A DNA stretch of 64,000 nt from Candidatus Latescibacterota bacterium (GTDB taxonomy: Bacteria; Latescibacterota; UBA2968; UBA8231), in NCBI GenBank assembly GCA_965221775.1, contig CBDCSU010000006.1, positions 2,432,001 through 2,496,000 on the forward strand, read 5' to 3'. The translations under genes and the position numbers were made by a program. The notes under the pieces were generated by a model. That model was not told the DNA's origin, did not search any database, and worked only from the letters and a program-made list of their open reading frames with translations. This document shows, piece after piece, positions 20,628 to 29,992 of the stretch. Numbering within the stretch: position 1 is the first letter of the stretch; the number at the start of each line of letters is the position of its first letter.

Positions 20628-22511
20628 ATGGCGAAACGCAAGAGCAGCACCAGGTCGCGGGACGTGACCCGCCGGGGGGACATCCCCCGCACCTTCGAGA
20701 CCCGGACGGGGGAGTTCAACTACACGCGCCAGGAGTCGATGGTGCCCATGCGCGACGGTGTGAAGCTCTTCACGCTGATCTTCATCCCCGAGGGCGCGTC
20801 GCGGAAGATGCCGATCGTGCTCACGCGCACCCCCTACGACGCCAAGGGCCGCGGCACCCGTTCCCACAGTCCCGACATCGCCATGGTCCTGCCCCCGGCC
20901 GACGAGGACCTCGTGCGCGATGGCTACATCCTCGTCTACCAGGACGTGCGCGGGCGTTTCGGCTCCAAGGGCAAGTACACCATGACCATGCCGGTGCGCG
21001 GTCCCTTCAATGAAAGCGAGGTCGACCAGGTCACCGACGCCTGGGACACGGTGGAGTGGCTGGTTCAGAACGTGGAGGGCAACAACGGCCGCGTCGGCAT
21101 CACCGGCACCTCCTACGACGGCCTCCTCACCCTCATGGCCCTCATCGACCCCCATCCGGCGCTGAAGGCGGCGGTCCCCGTCAACCCCATGGTCGACTCC
21201 TGGCTCGGGGACGACTTCTACCGCCACGGGGCCTTCCGCACCGTCATGCTCCAGTACGTCTACCGCCAGACCTCGACCAAGAACGCCAGCCACTCCATTC
21301 CCTGGGGCTACCGCGACCACTACCAGGCCGTCCTCGAGGCCGGCTCGATCGGCGAGCTGGGCCGCCGTTACGGGGCCGACCGGCTGCCGGCCTGGAGGCG
21401 GCTGCTGGACCACCCGGCGTACGACGACTACTGGAAGGACCAGGCCCTGCAGGAGCACCTGGCCCGGGCGCCGCGGCGGGTGCCCGTCCTCAGCGTGCAC
21501 AGCCTCTTCGACGCCGAGGACCTCTACGGCGCCGTGCTCAGCCACGCGGCGATGGCGAAGAACGACCCCCGGGGGGCGCGCACGCACCTGGTCATCGGGC
21601 CCTGGTCGCACGCGCAGACCTGGGGCGAGGGCTCCGCCCTCGGCAGCCTCAAGTGGGGGGAGGACACGGGCCTGCGCTTCCGCCGCGACATGCTCAAGCC
21701 CTTCTGGGACCACCATCTCAAGCGCAAGCGGCCGGCCGAGCCGCTGCCGCGGGTGACGGCCTTCGAGACCGGGAGCAACCGCTGGCGCCAGTACCGGAGC
21801 TGGCCGCCGGTGCAGGAGACCGAGACCCGGCGGCTCTACCTGCAGCCGGAGGGGGGCCTCTCCTTCGACGCGCCTGCCGCCGGCGAGAGCTGCACCGAGT
21901 ATGTCTCGGACCCGGCCAGCCCGGTGCCCTACCGGGTGCGCCCGATCATCCCGCCCTTCGCCGGGGAGGGCACCTGGTTCCGCTGGCTGGTCGACGATCA
22001 GCGGCCGTTCTCCGACCGCACCGACGTCCTCGTCTTCGTCAGCGAGACCCTCCGGGAGCCCCTCACCCTGAGCGGCGAGCCCGCGGCCACCCTCTTCGCC
22101 TCGACCACGGGGACCGACGCCGACTGGGTGGTCAAGCTCATCGACCTCTACCCCGACGAGGTTCCGGCGGACCGGGACATGGGCGGCTACCAGTTCATGA
22201 TCTCGGGCGACATCCTGCGCGGCCGCTACCGCGAGAGCTTCGAGGAGGCGGCGCCGATCCCGCCCGGGCAGGTGCTGCCCTACCGCGTCCTCATGCCCCA
22301 CGTGAACCACACATTTCTGCCGGGGCACCGCGTCATGGTGCACGTGCAGAGCTCGTGGTTCCCGGTCTGCGACCGCAACCCGCAGACCTTCGTGGAGCAG
22401 ATCGCCTGGGCCCGTCCCGAGGATTTCCGCAAGGCGACCCACGCCATCCACCACGACCGCGAGGCAGCCAGCTTCCTCGAGCTGCCCGTGCGCAAGGGAG
22501 ATCAACCGTGA
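20628..22511 (+). CDS. CocE/NonD family hydrolase (alpha-amino acid ester hydrolase-like)
   Basis: VPMRDGVKL, RTPY, QDVRGRFGSKG, GTSYDG nucleophile, GPWSH, VQSSWFP. Confidence 0.93.
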   Translation: MAKRKSSTRSRDVTRRGDIPRTFETRTGEFNYTRQESMVPMRDGVKLFTLIFIPEGASRKMPIVLTRTPYDAKGRGTRSHSPDIAMVLPPADEDLVRDGYILVYQDVRGRFGSKGKYTMTMPVRGPFNESEVDQVTDAWDTVEWLVQNVEGNNGRVGITGTSYDGLLTLMALIDPHPALKAAVPVNPMVDSWLGDDFYRHGAFRTVMLQYVYRQTSTKNASHSIPWGYRDHYQAVLEAGSIGELGRRYGADRLPAWRRLLDHPAYDDYWKDQALQEHLARAPRRVPVLSVHSLFDAEDLYGAVLSHAAMAKNDPRGARTHLVIGPWSHAQTWGEGSALGSLKWGEDTGLRFRRDMLKPFWDHHLKRKRPAEPLPRVTAFETGSNRWRQYRSWPPVQETETRRLYLQPEGGLSFDAPAAGESCTEYVSDPASPVPYRVRPIIPPFAGEGTWFRWLVDDQRPFSDRTDVLVFVSETLREPLTLSGEPAATLFASTTGTDADWVVKLIDLYPDEVPADRDMGGYQFMISGDILRGRYRESFEEAAPIPPGQVLPYRVLMPHVNHTFLPGHRVMVHVQSSWFPVCDRNPQTFVEQIAWARPEDFRKATHAIHHDREAASFLELPVRKGDQP

Positions 22512-23770
22512 AAGTCGAATCGATCGAGCTGACCCTCCTCGACCTCCCCTTCACGAAGCACACCGGCAAGCACATGCAGTACTGGCTCCCCCACTGGCGC
22601 ATCGTGCAGATCTGCCGGCTCACCATGAGCAACGGCGTCGTCGGCTTCGGCGAGACGATCCCCAACTACACCTGGGCCAAGGTGCCCGAGGGGATCGAGG
22701 AGCGCGTCCTGGGCCGCGAGGCGGACGAGCTGATGTGGGAGGACGACCTCGGCGCCGGCGTGCAGATGGCCCTCTTCGACGCCGTGGGCAAGCACGAGAG
22801 CGTGCCCGTCCACAAGCTCCTGGGTTCCCAGGTGCGCGACTACGCGCCCCTGTCGTGGTGGGCCATGGACATGCCGCCCCGGGACTGGGCCCGCCAGTGC
22901 CGCGCGGCCGTGAAGGCCGGGTACATGTCGGCCAAGCTGAAGGCGCGCACCTGGTACGACATGCACGCCGGGATCCGGGCCATCCTCGAGGTGGTGCCGC
23001 CCCAGTTCCGCCTCGACCTCGACTACAACTCGACCCTGGACAACACCTCCAACGCCGTGGAGCATCTCAAGTCCCTCGAGCGCTACGAGCAGGTCGCCAT
23101 GATCGAGAGCCCCATCCCCCAGAGCGACGTGCCCGGCAACAAGCAGATCCGCCGGCGCGTGGACCGGGCCGTGGCCATGCACTTCGGCCAGCCGCCGATC
23201 GAGACCGCCCTGGCCGAGGACGTGACCGACGGCTTCGTCGTCTCCGGCGGCGCCAGCCAGGTCCGCTCGCAGTCGGAGATCACCCATTCCGCCAACAAGC
23301 CCTTCTGGCTGCAGCTCGTGGGCACCGGCATCACCACCACCTGGGCCGCCCACCTCGGCGCCGTCTGCCCCGAGGCCAAGTGGCCGGCCATCACCTGCAT
23401 GAACATCTGGAAGAAGCAGCTCATCCGATCCGCCATCGTGCTGCGCGGCGGCTATCACCGGGTGCCGGACGGGCCCGGCCTCGGCGTCGAGCTGGACGAG
23501 GGACTCGTGGAGAAGCACGCCGTCGACTACGACTGGCTCGATCCCCCGAGGCACGTCTACCGGTACGCCAGGGCGAGCGGCGAGGTCACGTACTTCGGAT
23601 GCGGCAAGCAGGAGCTGACCCGCGTCTACCCCGACCTGGCCATGCCGGTGAGCGAGGCGGGGTCGGAGTGCGTGCCCGTGGAGGACGACGGCTCGGAGGA
23701 GTTCGAGGAGATCTGGCAGGCGGTGCAGGACGGGCGGACGCTGCGGCGGCAGGAAGGACGCGGGAAGTAG
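22508..23770 (+). CDS. Mandelate racemase/muconate lactonizing enzyme (enolase superfamily) protein
   Basis: GVVGFGE, ALFDAVGK, KLK, LDYN, IESP, PDGPGLGVELD; GTGA overlap. Confidence 0.88.
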   Translation: MKVESIELTLLDLPFTKHTGKHMQYWLPHWRIVQICRLTMSNGVVGFGETIPNYTWAKVPEGIEERVLGREADELMWEDDLGAGVQMALFDAVGKHESVPVHKLLGSQVRDYAPLSWWAMDMPPRDWARQCRAAVKAGYMSAKLKARTWYDMHAGIRAILEVVPPQFRLDLDYNSTLDNTSNAVEHLKSLERYEQVAMIESPIPQSDVPGNKQIRRRVDRAVAMHFGQPPIETALAEDVTDGFVVSGGASQVRSQSEITHSANKPFWLQLVGTGITTTWAAHLGAVCPEAKWPAITCMNIWKKQLIRSAIVLRGGYHRVPDGPGLGVELDEGLVEKHAVDYDWLDPPRHVYRYARASGEVTYFGCGKQELTRVYPDLAMPVSEAGSECVPVEDDGSEEFEEIWQAVQDGRTLRRQEGRGK

Positions 23771-23781
23771 GGGATTCCGCC

Positions 23782-24759
23782 ATGAACGTGCCTCCCAGTG
23801 ACGGCATCCGTGTCGGCGTGGCAGACCTCCGGAAGCTGGTCGTCGAGATCTTCCGGGCCGTGCCGATCCCGGCGGACCACGCCCGGCTCGTCGCCGGCAA
23901 GCTGGTGGAGTGCGACCTGCGCGGCGTCGTCAGCCACGGGGTCGTGCAGGCGCACCGCTACGTGCGCTCCTTCCAGGACGGCTCGGTCAACCCCGACCCC
24001 GAGATCCGCGTGCTCAAGGAGGGGCCCGCCACCGCCGCTCTCACCGGCGACGGCGGCCTGGGTTACCTCGTCGCTGCCCGGGCGATGGAGATGGCCATCT
24101 CAAGGGCGCGGGAGTTGGGCATCGGCGCGGCCACCTCCACCTGCCACGGCCACCTCGGCAGCGCCGGCATCTACGCGCGCATGGCCATGGGCCAGGACCT
24201 GATCGGCATCTGCACCTCCGGCCGCAGCGCCGCCGACAACTACAGCCGCGAGCAGACGATCCGCGGCTCCATCCAGGGCAGCCCGCCCCTGGCCTTCGGC
24301 ATGCCCGCCGGGGAGGGGAAGCCGGCCTTCCTCCTCGACTTCGCCAGCCACTTCGCCATCGACGACGACACATTTCTGAAATACCCGCCGGTTTTCATAA
24401 AGGCGATCGGCATATCGCATGTGGGCAACATCCTCTCGGGCACCCTCGGCGGGCAGATGCTGCCGGAGTTCTCGCGGGGGAACGTCGAGTTCCGCGGCGC
24501 CGATCAGTCGGGCTTCTTCCTCGCCATCGACGTGGACCGGTTCTCCGACCTGGACGCCTTCAAGGCGGACATGGACCACCTGATGGACGAGGCCAGCCGC
24601 ATGAAGCCCCTGCCCGGCTTCAGCGAGTCCTACCTGCCCGGCGGCAAGGAGCTGGAGCGGGAGGCCGAGTACCGCCGGGACGGCGTGCCGGTCTCGGCGG
24701 GGGCGGTGAAGGGGCTGGAGGAAGTGGCGCGGGAGCTGTCGGTCGCGACCCCGTGGTAG
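23782..24759 (+). CDS. Ldh_2 (malate/L-lactate/ureidoglycolate-type) oxidoreductase
   Basis: DLRGVVSHG, GDGGLG, HLGSAG, FFLAIDV, YLPGG. Confidence 0.88.
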   Translation: MNVPPSDGIRVGVADLRKLVVEIFRAVPIPADHARLVAGKLVECDLRGVVSHGVVQAHRYVRSFQDGSVNPDPEIRVLKEGPATAALTGDGGLGYLVAARAMEMAISRARELGIGAATSTCHGHLGSAGIYARMAMGQDLIGICTSGRSAADNYSREQTIRGSIQGSPPLAFGMPAGEGKPAFLLDFASHFAIDDDTFLKYPPVFIKAIGISHVGNILSGTLGGQMLPEFSRGNVEFRGADQSGFFLAIDVDRFSDLDAFKADMDHLMDEASRMKPLPGFSESYLPGGKELEREAEYRRDGVPVSAGAVKGLEEVARELSVATPW

Positions 24760-24797
24760 CCGCGGGACCGGTCAGTCGATGGTAGATCCGCAGGCCT

Positions 24798-25841
24798 TCA
24801 GCGGTGCTGATCGTGCTCCAGTTCGATGCGGTAGCAGGCAAGGCCGACAAGCGCGTTGCCCAGGGTATTGAGAATCAGCTCGAAGCTCGGTTCCCCGCCC
24901 TCCGCCGAAGCCTCCGGAAGCCAGTGCCCGTCCGGGTGCTGCGCCGTCACCAGGTACGCCGCGCACTTCCGGGCGGCGTCCCGGTACTCCTCCGTGGGCG
25001 CGACCTGCTGAAGCTCGGCAAGACCCCACAAGAACTTGTGACACTCCACGCAGAGGTACAGCTCGTCGCGAGCCAGGAACATGTCGGCATAGCGGCGGGC
25101 GCAGGCGAGGTGAGCGGGATCCCCGGTGAGGCGGTGCAGCCTCACCAGCAGCGCCATGGCGGGTCCGAACCGCGCCGGCCGCTGAGCGGCGCCTCTCAGA
25201 TCGACGTAGTGCCGTGAGCTGCGCTCGCGGAAGAAGGGGGGAGCGCCGCCGCCGCGTCCATCCCAGTCGGCGGTGAGCTGCCGGTTGGAGTCGAACCCGG
25301 CCGCAGGGTCCGCCTGCCCCTGCCACAGTTCGTCCAGGAACCCCGCGGCTCGGCGGGCTCCTTCGATGCGCCCCGCCGCCAAGAGCCCCAGTCCCGCCAT
25401 GCCGGCGGTCATGGCTCCCTGCAGTCCCTCGCCCGAGGCGCGCGCTGCCGCGGAATCCCAGAAGCCGCCGGTGCGGCGGTCCTGGTAGGCGGTCAGGTCA
25501 TCGGCCAGCGCCTGCTGCAGATCATGGCGCTCGCACAGCGCCGCCCCCCACGCCAGCCAGCCGCGGTCGTAGGTGTTCACCGGACGGGAGCGGTCGACCT
25601 CGTCGGGCAGCTTGAGGGTGCCGTCGGCGGCCAGCAGGTGCGCGGCGACCCAGTCGAGGACGAGGGCCGCCGTTCCTCTTCGGCCGTTCAGCGCCAGGGC
25701 GGCGGGGACCTTGTAGTACAGCCCCGGCGCGCGGTTGCCACCGATGCAGCCGTAGGCGTCGATGTGGGATGTCAGCCAGGCGGCTGCGCGCTCGGCGGAA
25801 CGAGCGACGGCGGGGCCGCTGTCGGTGGGAATGCGGGGCAT
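24798..25841 (-). CDS. Hypothetical protein, probable (alpha/alpha)-barrel fold
   Basis: Helical repeats with YQDxxTGGFW and AQHPDGHW (QW-like) motifs; start uncertain. Confidence 0.55.
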   Translation of the reverse strand: MPRIPTDSGPAVARSAERAAAWLTSHIDAYGCIGGNRAPGLYYKVPAALALNGRRGTAALVLDWVAAHLLAADGTLKLPDEVDRSRPVNTYDRGWLAWGAALCERHDLQQALADDLTAYQDRRTGGFWDSAAARASGEGLQGAMTAGMAGLGLLAAGRIEGARRAAGFLDELWQGQADPAAGFDSNRQLTADWDGRGGGAPPFFRERSSRHYVDLRGAAQRPARFGPAMALLVRLHRLTGDPAHLACARRYADMFLARDELYLCVECHKFLWGLAELQQVAPTEEYRDAARKCAAYLVTAQHPDGHWLPEASAEGGEPSFELILNTLGNALVGLACYRIELEHDQHR

Positions 25842-25947
25842 GGCAGGCAAGATGCTGGGAGGGGGGTCACCGTGCAACCCGGCGGTGGCTGCCGTTGGTG
25901 ACGCATCGGGGCGGCCCGGGGGGGACATGAAGCCGGAGCTGATCTCC

Positions 25948-25976
25948 TTGTCAGACCGCGTCCGCCGGAGTATGGT
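25948..25976 (+). promoter_or_regulatory. Putative sigma70-type promoter of LRR gene 1
   Basis: TTGTCA-N17-TATGGT; overlapped by the inverted repeat TGTCAGA...TCTGACA. Confidence 0.55.
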
Positions 25977-26071
25977 AGCCTCTGACAGGCAACCCTCTCT
26001 CCGCCGGGCTCTCAATGCACATGTCCCCGTCCCGGCAAACTGGAGAGCCACCTCTGTCCTGGCATGGTTTC

Positions 26072-27670
26072 ATGGCCAGCACCGCCCTGTCCCGCCCTCT
26101 CCTGTCCCTCCTTCGAGCCGGAGTTCTCCTGTCCCTGAGCGCCACCGCCGCGGTGGCGCAGACGGAGTTCCCCTTCGCCGCCGGCACCGACGCTGCCGGC
26201 CGGGCCGAGGCGGTGAGCGATTCCGCCGGCCAGGTGATGATCGAGTCGCCGGAGTTCCCCCGCGGCCTGTGGGTGGAGGTGGTGGATGAGACTGGGCAGG
26301 CGCTGGCTGGCATCGAGGTTGAGTACCAGGGCCGAGCCGACAGCCTGGTGGTCATCTGGGTCGTCGACCCGTCCGGCCTGCGGCAGGAGACGCTGCAATG
26401 GAGCCGCCCTGCGGGGGATTCCCTGCACCTTGCCCTCAAGGCTGCGGACCCCGCTCACCTGCCACCGGAACTGGCTTCCGTTGACTGGCGGATCGACCCG
26501 GCCGCCGAGGAACTTCCGATGCTGAACCCTGTGGAAGGGCCCCGACTCGCCGGCTGGGGGGACTTGACGGCCATCCTCCAGGAGCGCTGGCAAGGCCACA
26601 CAGGGCGGGTGGTGGTGCAGGTCGACAGCACTGCCCTGGCCGTGGACTTGTCCCACCCGGAGGCGGTAGAGAGGCTGGTCGACTACCTGGAGAGGCGCTT
26701 ACCTGTACCGGGAGAAGAGATAGCGTCCTTTGTACAGGTGATCCTGGCTCCACGAACATTCGAGAGAGAGCTTGCTCTGCTCGACGACTCGATCGCCCTC
26801 ACCACTTCCTACGTGCTGGTCCCGGGATCCGATCTGGAAGAATGGGTATTGGCGGGGCTCGGTAGGTCCAGCGGTCCGGTCACCTTGTCGGAAGCCGTGG
26901 CGGTGACATGGCTCGGACTTCGGTTCCGGCAGATCGTCGACATCAGCCCCCTGGCCGCCTTGACCAACTTGGAAGGGCTGGACCTGAGTTGGAATCGGAT
27001 CGTCGATGTGAGTCCTCTGGCCGCCTTGACCAACTTGGAAGAGCTGAGGCTGGCTCGCAACGAGATCGTGGAAGTGAGTTCTCTGGCCGCCTTGACCAAC
27101 TTGGAACAGCTGAGGCTGGAGTACAACCAGATCGTGGATGTGAGTCCTCTGGCCTACTTGACCAACTTGGAATGGCTGTGGCTGAAGGACAACCAGATCG
27201 TGGATGTCAGTCCTCTGGCCTACTTGACCAACTTGGAAGGGCTGGACCTGCATTGGAATCGGATCGTGGATGTGAGTTCTCTGGCCGCCTTGACCAACTT
27301 GGAAGGGCTGAGGCTGAGTTGGAACCAGATTGTCGACGTGAGTTCTCTGGCCGCCTTGACCAACTTGGAAGGGCTGGACCTGGGTTGGAATCGGATCGTG
27401 GAAGTGAGTTCTCTGGCCGCCTTGACCAACTTGTGGGAGCTGAGGCTGGAGTACAACCAGATTGTCGATGTGAGTCCTCTGGCCGCCTTGACCAACTTGG
27501 AAGAGCTGAGGCTGGAGGGCAACCAGATCGTGGATGTGGGCCCCTTGGTGGCCAGTCCCGGCCTGGGTGAAGGTGATACCATACATCTGAGCGACAACCC
27601 ACTCAGCGACGAGGCCATCAACGAACAGATCCCCGCCTTGGAAGCACGGGGTGTCCAGGTGGACTACTGA
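26072..27670 (+). CDS. Secreted internalin-like leucine-rich repeat protein 1
   Basis: Signal peptide (AVA-Q), N-terminal domain shared with LRR2, about ten 22-aa LRRs, cap GLGEGDTIHLSDNPL. Confidence 0.92.
   Translation: MASTALSRPLLSLLRAGVLLSLSATAAVAQTEFPFAAGTDAAGRAEAVSDSAGQVMIESPEFPRGLWVEVVDETGQALAGIEVEYQGRADSLVVIWVVDPSGLRQETLQWSRPAGDSLHLALKAADPAHLPPELASVDWRIDPAAEELPMLNPVEGPRLAGWGDLTAILQERWQGHTGRVVVQVDSTALAVDLSHPEAVERLVDYLERRLPVPGEEIASFVQVILAPRTFERELALLDDSIALTTSYVLVPGSDLEEWVLAGLGRSSGPVTLSEAVAVTWLGLRFRQIVDISPLAALTNLEGLDLSWNRIVDVSPLAALTNLEELRLARNEIVEVSSLAALTNLEQLRLEYNQIVDVSPLAYLTNLEWLWLKDNQIVDVSPLAYLTNLEGLDLHWNRIVDVSSLAALTNLEGLRLSWNQIVDVSSLAALTNLEGLDLGWNRIVEVSSLAALTNLWELRLEYNQIVDVSPLAALTNLEELRLEGNQIVDVGPLVASPGLGEGDTIHLSDNPLSDEAINEQIPALEARGVQVDY
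26969..27562 (+). repeat. Nine tandem 66-bp LRR-coding units
   Basis: Near-invariant ctggcc(gcc/tac)ttgaccaacttg frame every 66 nt. Confidence 0.97.
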
Positions 27671-27685
27671 CCCGCCCCCACCGCC

Positions 27686-27905
27686 CCCCTCCTGCCAAAG
27701 GAGCCCCGCCATGCACCTTCGACTCATCCTCCTCACCGCCCTGCTGCTGACCCCCCTGCCCGCCCTCGGCATCGGCTACGTGTACACCGGCGTCGGCGAC
27801 GACGGCCGCCAACACCTGGAGCTGACGTCGGTCACCGTGGACGTGCGCATCGACCAGCGGGTGGCGCGCCCGCGCACCGACCAGATCTTCACCAACCATG
27901 CCGAG
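27686..27905 (+). repeat. Direct repeat copy 1 (RBS plus first 65 codons of the VIT-vWA gene); copy 2 at 29773-29992
   Basis: 220 bp, 12 mismatches by hand count, offset 2087 bp. Confidence 0.95.
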
Positions 27906-27929
27906 GGTTGCTGGCAAGATGACGTTTGA
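27711..27929 (+). pseudogene. Truncated 5' stub of the VIT-vWA gene
   Basis: MHLRLILLTALLL...IFTNHAE, then unrelated GCWQDDV-stop. Confidence 0.9.
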
Positions 27930-28004
27930 CAGGAATTCTCCTCCGCGCCGGCACTCGGCCTTGTCTGCGATCCGGCAATCCCGGCTCTCGCCTGGCACCA
28001 CTCC

Positions 28005-29762
28005 ATGAATAGAGACACACCACGCCGTCCTCCCCTGCCATCCCTCCTTCGAGCCGTAGTTCTCCTGGCCCTGGCCGCCACTGCGGCGGCATCGCAGACG
28101 GAGTTCCCTTATGTCGCCGGCACCGACAGCAACGGCTGGGCGCAGGCGGTAAGCAATGCCGCTGGCCGAGTGCTGATCGAGTCGGCGGAGGTACCCCGTG
28201 GCCTGTGGGTGGACCTGATGGATGAAGGAGGGCAGCCGCTGGCCGGCATCCAGGTCGAGCACGAGGGCCATGGCTTCCTTGGCGCCGGTCTCGAATACTG
28301 GGTGATCCTTCGCTTCGTCGATCCGGCGGGGCTGCGTCAGGAGGTGCTGCTGTGGACTCTCGCACGGAGCGGCACATCCTACACCACGGTTGACGACGTA
28401 GATCCCCTGCTCCTGGAGCTCGGACCTGTAGAGCCCGTGGACCTGCCGCCGGGGCTGGCCTCCATTGAGTGGAGGATTGACTCAGGCGTGTATCTGGAGA
28501 ACTCAAGCCGGCTGGCGGGCTGGGGTGCAGTGGAGGCCTTTCTGCAGGAGCGGTGGAAGGGGCAGGGAGGGCGGGCCGTGGTCAAACTGGGGTTACCCGG
28601 AGCAGAGCGAGACGGCCGTGCCATCGGTGTCGATCTGGATCGGGTGGACGCCTTGGAGACCCTGATGAAACACTTGGAGGGAACGTATCAGCCCGTGACC
28701 GGACCCTTGGCGTCCCTGCCTCTCTTCTTCACCGCACGTGGAAGGAGCATCGCCTCCTGGAGAAAAGGGGTGTTTCTTGGTGTCTCTCCGTTTGAGGACG
28801 AGTCGCTGGACTACGCGTTATACCTGCGTCACCTGGACTCCATTGAGAAAATCACTTCCCTTGATAGCCTCAGAGCATTCAATTCAGGGGTCCATAGTCT
28901 GGCCGGTGTGGAGCACCTGGTCAACCTGGCATACCTGGACCTGGAAAAGAACGATGTTGTCGATTTGAGCCCGCTGGTACCTCTGATCAACTTGAGGTGG
29001 CTGTCACTACTTGAGAACGAGATCGTCGATGTGGGTCCCTTGGCCGCCTTGACCAAACTGGAACGACTGGACTTGGGAAAGAACCGGATCGTCGATGTGG
29101 GTCCCTTGACCGCCCTGACAAAGTTGAAGGTACTGTCCCTGTGGCAGAACCGGATCGTCGATGTGAGCCTGGCCTCCCTGACCAACTTGGAAAGGCTGTA
29201 CCTATCGAGCAACCGGATCGTCGACCTGGATCCCTTGGCCGCCTTGACCAAGTTGGCAGTACTGCAGCTGGTGGACAACGGGATCGTCGATGTGGGTCCC
29301 CTGGCCGCTCTGACCAACCTGAAAAGGCTGTGGCTGGCGAAAAACGAGATCGTCGACCTGAGCCCCTTGGCCTCCCTGAGCCGCTTGGAACGGCTGGACC
29401 TGTGGGGGAACGGGATCGTCGATGTGGGTCCCTTGGCCTCTCTGACCAGCTTGGACACGCTGAGTCTGGCTTACGCCCGGATCGTCGACCTGAGTCCTCT
29501 GGCCGGCCTGACCGGCTTGAAAGAGCTGGACCTGTCGGGCAACCGAATCGTCGACCTGAGTCCTCTTGCTTCCTTGGCCAGCCTGGAACACCTGGACCTG
29601 CAAAGAAACAGAATCCACGACATCAGTTCCCTTGTCGCCAACGCCGGCCTGGGTAAGGGTGACTATGTGAATCTGTGGTATAACCAGCTCGATCTCGATG
29701 ACCAGGCCGTCAAGGAACAGATCGCCACCCTGAAGGCCAGAGGTGTACGCGTCTACTACTGA
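28005..29762 (+). CDS. Secreted internalin-like leucine-rich repeat protein 2
   Basis: Same leader and N-domain (QTEFPYVAGTD...PRGLWV...LAGIQVE), about twelve LRRs, same C-cap type. Confidence 0.92.
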   Translation: MNRDTPRRPPLPSLLRAVVLLALAATAAASQTEFPYVAGTDSNGWAQAVSNAAGRVLIESAEVPRGLWVDLMDEGGQPLAGIQVEHEGHGFLGAGLEYWVILRFVDPAGLRQEVLLWTLARSGTSYTTVDDVDPLLLELGPVEPVDLPPGLASIEWRIDSGVYLENSSRLAGWGAVEAFLQERWKGQGGRAVVKLGLPGAERDGRAIGVDLDRVDALETLMKHLEGTYQPVTGPLASLPLFFTARGRSIASWRKGVFLGVSPFEDESLDYALYLRHLDSIEKITSLDSLRAFNSGVHSLAGVEHLVNLAYLDLEKNDVVDLSPLVPLINLRWLSLLENEIVDVGPLAALTKLERLDLGKNRIVDVGPLTALTKLKVLSLWQNRIVDVSLASLTNLERLYLSSNRIVDLDPLAALTKLAVLQLVDNGIVDVGPLAALTNLKRLWLAKNEIVDLSPLASLSRLERLDLWGNGIVDVGPLASLTSLDTLSLAYARIVDLSPLAGLTGLKELDLSGNRIVDLSPLASLASLEHLDLQRNRIHDISSLVANAGLGKGDYVNLWYNQLDLDDQAVKEQIATLKARGVRVYY

Positions 29763-29772
29763 CCTCCGCCGT

Positions 29773-29992
29773 CCCCTCCTGCCAAAGGAGCCCCGCCATG
29801 CACCTTCGACTCATCCTCCTCACCGCCCTGCTGCTGACCCCGCTGCCCGCCCTCGGCATCGGCTATGTGTACACCGGCGTGGGCGACGACGGCCGCCAGC
29901 ATCTGGAGCTGTCGTCGGTCACGGTGGAGGTGCGCATCGACGAGCGGGTGGCGCGCACGCGCACCGACCAGATCTTCACCAACCACGCGGAG
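29773..29992 (+). repeat. Direct repeat copy 2 (5' end of the intact VIT-vWA gene)
   Basis: Matches 27686-27905. Confidence 0.95.

Noticed and set aside
26969-29650. Diversity-generating retroelement acting on the LRR genes
   Set aside because: No reverse transcriptase or template repeat in the window, and repeat differences are not adenine-specific.
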